DNA of 64,000 bases from Rickettsiales bacterium (GTDB lineage: Bacteria; Pseudomonadota; Alphaproteobacteria; Rs-D84): NCBI GenBank assembly GCA_031262525.1, contig JAISHM010000007.1, positions 21,635-85,634 on the forward strand. Direction: 5' to 3'. The position numbers were made by a program, and so were the translations under genes. The notes under the pieces are model-generated. The model did not search any database. It was given only the letters and a program-made list of their open reading frames with translations, and was not told the origin of the DNA. Shown here in pieces: positions 56,833-64,000 of the stretch (positions are counted from its first letter, which is position 1; each line of letters begins with the position of its first letter).

Positions 56833-58470
56833 TTAACCCCGTTTCACGCGGCGCAGGATTGTCATTATTCCGGCCGGCGTCATCCCAGGAATTCGCGATA
56901 ACGCCGCAATATTTTCAGGACGCGCGCGGGTCAATTTTTCCACCAACTCATTTGTTAAACCTGGTAAATTTTCATACTCAAAATCACGCGGTATTTTTAT
57001 ATTTCTATCCCGATTATAGGTTTCAATCTCACGCGCATTGCGCGCAATATAGCCCGCGTAAAGTTTATCATTTTCAACAACAATTTCTGCGCGCGCATTT
57101 AATTTTTTTTCATATTCATCGTGCGCGATTAAACCATTATCTGTCGCCAGTTTTCCCAATCTCTGGACTGCGTTATCCGCGCGCAACGACAATCTATATT
57201 CTGCACGCGACGAAAACATACGATAAGGCTCATCAACCCCCAGTGTCGTAATATCGTCAATCATAACACCAATCAGCGAATTAGCGCGTGTCAAATTGAG
57301 CGGCGCCCCCCCCGCCGCCGAACCCGCAACCAAACCCTGGGCAGCGGCCTCTTCATAACCACTGGTACCGTTTATTTGTCCCGCAAAAAATACACCCGGA
57401 TAATCATACGATTCCAGATTAGCATTCAATGCGCGCGCGTCAATCGCATCGTATTCAATTGCGTATCCGTATCTTTCAATTTCTGCATTTTCCAGACCAG
57501 GAATTGAACAAATAAATTTATCCTGGACCGCTGCGCCAAAACTGGTTGAAATGCCATTCGGATAGATTAAATCGGAATTTTCCCCCTCTGGCTCTAAAAA
57601 AATATGATGTGAATTATGCGCGGGGAAGCGCATTACTTTATCTTCCAATGATGGACAATAGCGCGGACCAGTTCCCACAATTTCCCCATTATACATTGGC
57701 GCATCTGTAATACATTCCCGAATAATTTTGTGTGTTTCTTCTGTCGTTTTTGTAATAAAACAATTGGATAATTTATCCCCATCGCTTGCAATTTCTGCAC
57801 TTGAAAAAAATCCGTGCGACATATCACTGGGTTGAATTTCGCATTTACTGAAATCTATGCTGCGCGCAAAAATTCGCGCGGGGGTCCCCGTTTTCAACCT
57901 GATTAAATCAAAACCTGCCGCGCGCAACACACCTGATAAATTTTTGTCTGCATCTTGATAATTTCCATCGTCCATCAAACGCCCAGATTCAATCTTTTCC
58001 ACGCCCCGATGCACAACACCACATAAAAAAGTCCCAGTTGTGATAACAATCGCGCCCGATTGATATTTATTATTTACAATTTTATTTTTTATATCAAAAT
58101 CAAAAACAGATTCATAAACAATTGTCAAAGTTTTTAATTTTTTTAATTGCGCTATTACCGCAACGCGATATTTTTCGCGGTCAATTTGCGCCCGCAAGGC
58201 GCGCGTTGCCGCGCCATGATTTGCATTCAACATTCGCCAATGAATGGCCGATGCGTCCGCCGCAACCGGCATAACCCCGCCAAACGCGTCGATTTCCGCA
58301 ACCATTCCCGACTTTCCAGGACCGCCAATACTGGGGTTACAAGACATTGCGCCAATATCTGATGTATTCATTGTAATCAGCAAAGTTTTTTTACCAATGC
58401 GCGCCGCGGCGGCCGCGGCCTCGACCCCAGCATGCCCCCCACCAATAACAATTACATCAAATTTGGTCAT
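56833..58470 (-). CDS. mnmG: tRNA uridine-5-carboxymethylaminomethyl modification enzyme MnmG/GidA
   Basis: FDVIVIGGGHAGVEAAAAAARIG, SCNPSIGGPGKS, GPRYCPSLEDK, and FFAGQINGTSGYEEAAAQG. 545 aa, shorter than typical. Confidence 0.95.
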   Translation of the reverse strand: MTKFDVIVIGGGHAGVEAAAAAARIGKKTLLITMNTSDIGAMSCNPSIGGPGKSGMVAEIDAFGGVMPVAADASAIHWRMLNANHGAATRALRAQIDREKYRVAVIAQLKKLKTLTIVYESVFDFDIKNKIVNNKYQSGAIVITTGTFLCGVVHRGVEKIESGRLMDDGNYQDADKNLSGVLRAAGFDLIRLKTGTPARIFARSIDFSKCEIQPSDMSHGFFSSAEIASDGDKLSNCFITKTTEETHKIIRECITDAPMYNGEIVGTGPRYCPSLEDKVMRFPAHNSHHIFLEPEGENSDLIYPNGISTSFGAAVQDKFICSIPGLENAEIERYGYAIEYDAIDARALNANLESYDYPGVFFAGQINGTSGYEEAAAQGLVAGSAAGGAPLNLTRANSLIGVMIDDITTLGVDEPYRMFSSRAEYRLSLRADNAVQRLGKLATDNGLIAHDEYEKKLNARAEIVVENDKLYAGYIARNAREIETYNRDRNIKIPRDFEYENLPGLTNELVEKLTRARPENIAALSRIPGMTPAGIMTILRRVKRG

Positions 58471-58943
58471 TATAATTTTTTTAATTTTTTCTTGCGATAA
58501 TCTTCCAATGAAATAACGCGAGTATCCGAATTTTCAGACCCGGTTTCCAGTGGCAACTCGATATCATTATTTGCAGATTTTTCGTCTTTTTTATTTATTG
58601 GATTAAATGGCAGTATAAAATCAACACTGGTATCCTTAAATTCCAACAGCGCGTCAAATGGAATCCGAATATAAAATGGACGCCCGTCAAAGGTCAGTGT
58701 TACACCAAATTCGGTATCATTCACATTCAGATTAGAAAAAGCGTATTGCAAAACAATGGTCATAACATTTGGATACCGCATACGCAAGAAATCTGGAATT
58801 ACAACACCTGGGGTGCGTGTATTAAAAGTTATATAAAAATTAGTATCGCCGTCCAACCCGTTTATCATCGCAAATTGCAACGCTTCGCGGACAACACCTT
58901 TTAACGCATTGTTTAATAATTCGCCATAGTTTATTGTTTTCAT
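58470..58943 (-). CDS. sspB: ClpXP adaptor SspB (alphaproteobacterial type)
   Basis: ALKGVVREAL...TNFYITFNTRTPGVVIPDFLRMRYPNVMTIVLQYAFSNLNV closely follows the alpha-type SspB pattern (HFYITF...GV.IPD.LR.RYP.EMTIVLQ). Confidence 0.85.
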   Translation of the reverse strand: MKTINYGELLNNALKGVVREALQFAMINGLDGDTNFYITFNTRTPGVVIPDFLRMRYPNVMTIVLQYAFSNLNVNDTEFGVTLTFDGRPFYIRIPFDALLEFKDTSVDFILPFNPINKKDEKSANNDIELPLETGSENSDTRVISLEDYRKKKLKKL

Positions 58944-58969
58944 TTTAAACCTATCTAAATCTGATTGCT

Positions 58970-58998
58970 TTGTATTTTATAGAAATTTATGATATAAT
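58970..58998 (+). promoter_or_regulatory. Promoter of virD4 (TTGTAT-17-TATAAT with TGn)
   Basis: TTGTAT at 58970-58975, TG at 58990-58991, TATAAT at 58993-58998. Confidence 0.4.
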
Positions 58999-59024
58999 CA
59001 ACAAATAATAATCGGGAAAATTTT

Positions 59025-61241
59025 ATGGCGGAGAAATTCAGTATTTTATCTTTTTCGGGCAAGGGCAAAGGCCTTAAAATTTTTGATTCGTCCGTCTATA
59101 AAGACCACGAAAAGGCACCGATTGCGCGCTATTTTTGGAATATGCGCTATAAAATTTATGTATGGATTGGGTGCGCATTGGCGTTTGCCGCGGCGTTTCC
59201 GCTGGAACATTTATGGCGCTATGGCGGGACGCCTGCGACATGGAAATGGATGGGTGTATATTTTACAAATGCTTTTTCCAGTTTTGGTTTGTCGGTAATC
59301 GCGGAAATCCCGGCATGGATTTATCGGACTATTTTTTATACGGATATTATGACAATTACCCCGTTGATACCAGTTGCTGTATTTTTCATTTTAACTAATT
59401 CTATTTTGTTAGAGGAATTTAACCCCGCTGGTAAGGATACATTAAAAGAAGAATCATCGCGCAAGGCCAATGACGAAGATATAAAAAAGATGGGGCTTTT
59501 GTCTGGGTTTATGATGGTGCTGGGCTATTGGAAGAAAAAGCCGCTGATGATGTCCGAAACATTATCTGCATTGTGTTTGGCCCCCCCCGGAACTGGTAAA
59601 ACCCAAGGGGTTGTGTTACCAACAATTTTTGATAGCACGTCTGTTTCAATGATTATCAACGACCCAAAGCCAGAATTAAAACAAAAATCATCGGCGTATC
59701 GTTCAAAAAATGTTGGACCGGTATTTATTATGAATTGGGCGGGTCAGGACGACCCAGCGAATGGAATTTACTATCCATCATGGAACCCATTGTCGCCATC
59801 ACATGTGCCATTTAATTCCGAAGAGCGGGATTTGTATATTGACTCTATCTGTGCGACACTGATTGCAGAAAAAGCATCATCATCGGCAGACCCTCACTGG
59901 ACGATTGCTGGTCGTGCTGCGCTGTCGGGATTGGTAAATTTTATGGTGTCCAAGATTGATAAGGCCAAGGCCGATGATTATTTTTATGCACGCTTAAATT
60001 CTAATGAATTTGATGGCGAAGATGCGGCATTACTGGGCGAATACTATACAATGATGAATGACCCGAATGCTGATGCTGCGCGCTATGCCTTGGCGAATGG
60101 GCAATTGACGGCAATGAACTATGTTCATATTGGAACATGGGCAAAGATTCCGGATAATTGGCTGGGGCGCGAGGCTTCATTCTCTATGATTATGGACTGG
60201 TTAAATAAAAGTCAGGTTGCAATTGCCGAAGAATTAGAAAATCGTAAAAAACAAGGCGACCAAATGTTGATGATGGCGGACCCGATGAAGGATGTCTTTC
60301 AGGACGCCACGAATGAGGCGATTCAATACGGATATGCGCACCGCGCGGTTTTGGAATTGACACAACTGGCGAATACCCCGGACAAAGAACGCGGCTCTAT
60401 TATTTCAACGGTATTGTCGGGCTTATCCATATTCCGAAATGCGGCGGTAAAAAATCGCACCAGCCACAGCGATTTTCATTTCAGCGATTTACGCGGAATG
60501 ATTGACCCAAATGACGGAAAAATGAAACCGGTTACCGTATATCTATCTATAAACCAGGTTGATGCCGATGCGTTAAATCCTATTACGGCTATTTTTGTTG
60601 AACTGATGTCGCGCTTTTTAATCGCAAATCCACCAAACGGGGAACACGCGGGTCAGGCATTGGGACCGACACCTGTTTTATTCTTGCTGGACGAAATGCC
60701 AAAGATGCAAAAAATGCAGGCAATTATCCAGGGACCCGATATTGGTCGCGGGCAAAAAGTTTCGTATTTAATTATCGGCCAGGATATCCACCAGATTCAA
60801 GAAAAATACGGCGCGGACGCGGCGGCAACCATTATTTCAACGACGGCGGCAAAAATTGTATTCCGTCAGAATGACCCAGATACAGCAAAACGATTCAGCG
60901 ATATGATGGGCGAAAAAGTCAAGGAAGAAACAAAAAAAGACAAAGATGGCAAGGAAACAAAGAATGTGGATAGAAAGCCACTATACAGCCCAATGGATAT
61001 TATGAAACTGGATGCAAAAAAACAACTGGTTATATTCCAGGGATTTTATAATCGACCGATAGAGGCCGACTATACCCCTGCATACAGCGACCCGCGCCTA
61101 TCCGCGTTTATGGCGATGGGGGAATGCCCACCGCTGCCGGAATTTTTAATTCCATCACATCACGCGATTATGCGGTACTCGGGTAATCCACGAGTCTATG
61201 ACACACAAACAAAAACAATCAAAGAATTGTCAGCGCAATGA
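59025..61241 (+). CDS. virD4: Type IV secretion coupling protein VirD4/TraG
   Basis: N-terminal TM segments, Walker A LAPPGTGKTQGVVLPT, Walker B PVLFLLDEMPKM, and IIGQDIHQIQEKYG. Confidence 0.9.
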   Translation: MAEKFSILSFSGKGKGLKIFDSSVYKDHEKAPIARYFWNMRYKIYVWIGCALAFAAAFPLEHLWRYGGTPATWKWMGVYFTNAFSSFGLSVIAEIPAWIYRTIFYTDIMTITPLIPVAVFFILTNSILLEEFNPAGKDTLKEESSRKANDEDIKKMGLLSGFMMVLGYWKKKPLMMSETLSALCLAPPGTGKTQGVVLPTIFDSTSVSMIINDPKPELKQKSSAYRSKNVGPVFIMNWAGQDDPANGIYYPSWNPLSPSHVPFNSEERDLYIDSICATLIAEKASSSADPHWTIAGRAALSGLVNFMVSKIDKAKADDYFYARLNSNEFDGEDAALLGEYYTMMNDPNADAARYALANGQLTAMNYVHIGTWAKIPDNWLGREASFSMIMDWLNKSQVAIAEELENRKKQGDQMLMMADPMKDVFQDATNEAIQYGYAHRAVLELTQLANTPDKERGSIISTVLSGLSIFRNAAVKNRTSHSDFHFSDLRGMIDPNDGKMKPVTVYLSINQVDADALNPITAIFVELMSRFLIANPPNGEHAGQALGPTPVLFLLDEMPKMQKMQAIIQGPDIGRGQKVSYLIIGQDIHQIQEKYGADAAATIISTTAAKIVFRQNDPDTAKRFSDMMGEKVKEETKKDKDGKETKNVDRKPLYSPMDIMKLDAKKQLVIFQGFYNRPIEADYTPAYSDPRLSAFMAMGECPPLPEFLIPSHHAIMRYSGNPRVYDTQTKTIKELSAQ

Positions 61242-61981
61242 AAACGCGAATTGCAAAATTCATAGCAGAAAGTGGAATCCATTCGCGGCGCGGCGCGGAA
61301 CAAATGATAGAGCGCGGATTGGTCTTTGTAAATGATGTGAGAGTGGATAGCCCCGTGTTTTTTGTTGATGGCAGTGAAAAAATAATTGTTGATGGCACGC
61401 CAATTACAAAAAAGTCCAAAACGGAAATTTATCTTTTTCACAAACCAATAAACACAATTACATCACGCAACGACCCCCAGGGGCGAAAAACAATTTATGA
61501 TGCGCTGCCAAAAAAATATCATCACTTACAATATATCGGGCGACTGGATTATAAAACAACTGGTTTATTGTTGATGACCAATGACGGGGAATTGGCGCGT
61601 AAATTGACCCTGCCAGAGAATAAAATAGAACGCGAATATATCGCGACACTGCACCCAAAGAAAATAAGTGAAATAAAAAACCAGCGCGTAGCGAATGCCT
61701 TGCGAAAGTTTCTATCCCCTATGTCGGATGACGATTCTGTATTTGATTCTGCGCGACACGGAATGAGTGTAAATAAAATCAAATATGCGCCGATGAAAAT
61801 TGAAATAATTTCGCGCTATCCTTTACAAATAAAATTGACACTGACCCAGGGCAAAAAAAACGAAATCAGAATAGTCTTGGACGCATTGGGTTTTATGGTA
61901 AAAAAATTACACAGGATCCGTTTTGGAAAATATGAATTGGGCAAGTTGAAACCCGGGGAAATTATAAATTCCAAACTCTAA
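61238..61981 (+). CDS. RsuA/RluB-family pseudouridine synthase with S4 domain
   Basis: S4 domain RIAKFIAESGIHSRRGAEQMIERGLVFVN. Catalytic motif GRLDYKTTGLLLMTNDG. ATGA overlap with virD4. Confidence 0.85.
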   Translation: MKTRIAKFIAESGIHSRRGAEQMIERGLVFVNDVRVDSPVFFVDGSEKIIVDGTPITKKSKTEIYLFHKPINTITSRNDPQGRKTIYDALPKKYHHLQYIGRLDYKTTGLLLMTNDGELARKLTLPENKIEREYIATLHPKKISEIKNQRVANALRKFLSPMSDDDSVFDSARHGMSVNKIKYAPMKIEIISRYPLQIKLTLTQGKKNEIRIVLDALGFMVKKLHRIRFGKYELGKLKPGEIINSKL

Positions 61982-62038
61982 ATAAAAAAACCGAAATATA
62001 ATTATATCCCAAAAAAAAATTGTAATTATTACTTGTCA

Positions 62039-62064
62039 TATCATACTAGCATGCTAGTATGATA
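62039..62064. repeat. Perfect 26-bp palindrome in the AT-rich gyrA upstream region
   Basis: TATCATACTAGCATGCTAGTATGATA, verified arm against arm. Confidence 0.95.
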
Positions 62065-62231
62065 AATCAACATAAATTATTTACATATAAAATATAATAA
62101 TAAAGACAAATAATCTATGATATCAAAACATATAATACCATCAAATTTATAATTAAAATATGCTTGCGCGGATGGGTAAATTTTGCTATTGTTTTTAGGC
62201 TAAAAACAAAAAGAAAGAAAGGAATTTATCT

Positions 62232-64000
62232 ATGTCTGAAATTATTGAAAATGTATCTGAAAATCGCATCCCAACCAGCGCACTGGAACACGAAATGCGC
62301 AGCAGTTTTTTGGACTATGCGATGTCGGTTATTGTTGACCGCGCACTGCCCGATGTCCGGGACGGATGCAAACCTGTACATCGCCGTATTTTGTTTGGTA
62401 TGAATGATGTCGCCCCTGCAACACGCGCAACGGTTAAATGCGCCCGTATTGTGGGAGAGGTTATGGGTAAATACCACCCACACGGGGATTCCTCTATTTA
62501 CGAGGCTATGGTGCGTCTGGGCCAGGATTTTTCAATGGGGGCTTGTCTGGTCCAGGGTCAGGGGAACTTTGGCTCTATGGACGGGGACAAGGCCGCAGCA
62601 ATGCGTTATACCGAGGCGCGCCTGTCCAAACTGGGCGCATCTATGATGGATGATATGGACAAAGATACAATTGACTGGGTTCCAAATTTTGACGGGGGGT
62701 TGCTGGAACCTGCGGTTTTGCCGACCAAATTCCCGAACTTTTTGGTAAATGGTGGCAGCGGAATTGCGGTTGGTATGGCGACAAATGTTCCAACATATAA
62801 CCTGGGTGAGGTTTGTGATGGGGTTCTGGCAGTAGTAAACAATCGCGGAATCACAGACGAAGAATTATTTGGAATTATCCAGGGACCAGACTTTCCAACA
62901 GGTGGAATTATTATGGGTCGCGCTGCGGCGTATCGCGCGCATACTACTGGTCGGGGCAGTGTTATTTTACGCGCAAAAACTCATTTTGAAGACCACAGGG
63001 ACAAGGTTGCAATTATCGTTGATGAAATGCCTTATCAAGTAAATAAAGCCAACCTGATTATTAAAATCGCCGAATTGTCCAAGGAAAAAAGGATAGAGGG
63101 CATCGGCGAAATCAGGGACGAAACCAGCAAGGAAGGCGTGCGCATAGTTATTGAATTAAAGCGCGACGCAATTGCGGATGTTGTGCTGAATCAGTTATTC
63201 CAATACACAGAATTACAAACCAGTTTTCCGGTCAATATGATGGCGTTGAATCGTGGCCGTCCGATGCTGTTCAATGTGCGTAAAGTTTTGGACGCGTTTA
63301 TTGAATTTCGCATTGACGTGATTCGCAGACGGACTATATTTGAATTAAACAAGACCAGAAACGCGGCGCATACTTTATTGGGGCTGTCGGTTGCGGTTGG
63401 AAATTTGGACGAGATTATAAAACTGATAAAAGAAAGTGAATCGCCAGAGGTCGCGCGTGAGGCTTTACAAGCACGCGGTTGGGCGGCGTCAGATATTGAA
63501 AATTATATTAAACTGATTGACGACCCGAATACAAACTATGAAAATGGAATGTTTTATATGTCCGAAGACCAGGCGCGGGCAATTTTGGAATTGCGTCTTC
63601 ATCGCTTGACTGGATTGGAACGCGAAAAAATCCACGCGGATTTGGTGGAATTGGGCGCAAAGATAAAAGAATCATTGGAAATTTTGGGCAGCCATGAAAA
63701 AATTATTCAGATTATTCGCTTTGAGACAGCGGCTGTTCGCGATAGTTGGGCGGTTCCGCGTAGAACACAAATTTCCGATGCCGAGGTTGATATAGACATG
63801 GAAGACATGATAGCGCGCGAAGATATGGTGGTAACCGTGTCTAATACGGGCTATATCAAACGTGTTGCACTGGATACTTATCGCGCACAAAAACGCGGGG
63901 GCAAGGGACGCAATGCAATGACAACCAAGGATGATGACTATGTTGCGCAATTGTTTGTCGCAAATACTCATACGCCGCTGATGTTTTTCAGTTCTCGCGG
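62232..64000 (+). CDS. gyrA: DNA gyrase subunit A (N-terminal ~589 aa; runs off the right edge)
   Basis: Manual translation: MSEIIENVSENRIPTSALEHEMRSSFLDYAMSVIVDRALPDVRDG...KYHPHGDSSIYEAMVRL...AAMRYTEARL. Absent from the ORF track because no stop lies in the window. Confidence 0.95.
   Translation, partial: MSEIIENVSENRIPTSALEHEMRSSFLDYAMSVIVDRALPDVRDGCKPVHRRILFGMNDVAPATRATVKCARIVGEVMGKYHPHGDSSIYEAMVRLGQDFSMGACLVQGQGNFGSMDGDKAAAMRYTEARLSKLGASMMDDMDKDTIDWVPNFDGGLLEPAVLPTKFPNFLVNGGSGIAVGMATNVPTYNLGEVCDGVLAVVNNRGITDEELFGIIQGPDFPTGGIIMGRAAAYRAHTTGRGSVILRAKTHFEDHRDKVAIIVDEMPYQVNKANLIIKIAELSKEKRIEGIGEIRDETSKEGVRIVIELKRDAIADVVLNQLFQYTELQTSFPVNMMALNRGRPMLFNVRKVLDAFIEFRIDVIRRRTIFELNKTRNAAHTLLGLSVAVGNLDEIIKLIKESESPEVAREALQARGWAASDIENYIKLIDDPNTNYENGMFYMSEDQARAILELRLHRLTGLEREKIHADLVELGAKIKESLEILGSHEKIIQIIRFETAAVRDSWAVPRRTQISDAEVDIDMEDMIAREDMVVTVSNTGYIKRVALDTYRAQKRGGKGRNAMTTKDDDYVAQLFVANTHTPLMFFSSR

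Noticed and set aside
61982-62231. 250-bp very AT-rich intergenic region before gyrA, considered as a possible replication origin or ncRNA
   Set aside because: It contains no DnaA boxes and no recognisable RNA family structure. Apart from the 26-bp palindrome (reported separately), it looks like an ordinary promoter region.

Overview
This is a 64-kb chromosomal segment from a low-GC Gram-negative bacterium with a compact, apparently reduced genome. The standard genetic code is used, and genes often overlap as TAATG or ATGA. The gene content looks alphaproteobacterial (inference): alpha-type SspB, RpoH, MerR, parAB, mnmG, a Pal/Lpt/BamB envelope, and scattered type IV secretion genes as in Rickettsiales/Holosporales-like organisms.

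Most of the window is housekeeping:
- Cell wall and efflux: mraY-ftsW-murG, then a TolC/adaptor/RND efflux operon.
- Central block: der, rpmH, rpmG, tRNA-Val, and a long minus-strand block ybaB-pnp-rpsO-truB-mutS-xseB-mreB.
- Further on: rnpA-yidD, accBC, infC, pal, lptG-lptD-surA-rlmN, parAB, trxB, a yfgM-like/bamB-like pair, rpoH, mnmG, sspB and gyrA (partial).

The non-housekeeping content worth attention:
1. Five paralogous polytopic membrane proteins at the left edge (1-5940). I interpret them as a TrbL/VirB6-like array. An orphan VirD4 coupling ATPase lies 53 kb away.
2. An AT-rich accessory islet (about 14.2-19.0 kb) with orphan genes, a class III Fic, and a nucleosidase-like gene whose natural start is 1 nt out of frame. 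It also has two simple-sequence repeats in promoter regions: (AG)8 forming the 17-nt spacer of a TTGACA/TAAAAT promoter, and (AAT)9.
3. An uncharacterised envelope cluster translationally coupled to rpoH: a porin-like barrel, a 317-aa secreted protein, and a ~965-aa cysteine-rich protein with a proline-rich repeat and a C-tract frame break.
4. A Pmp-repeat autotransporter.
5. Several sigma70-like promoters placed 6-8 nt from ATG codons that lack a Shine-Dalgarno, suggesting leaderless mRNAs.

I saw no rRNA, CRISPR array, transposase or integrase. All homology calls rest on motif recognition by eye; no searches were run.
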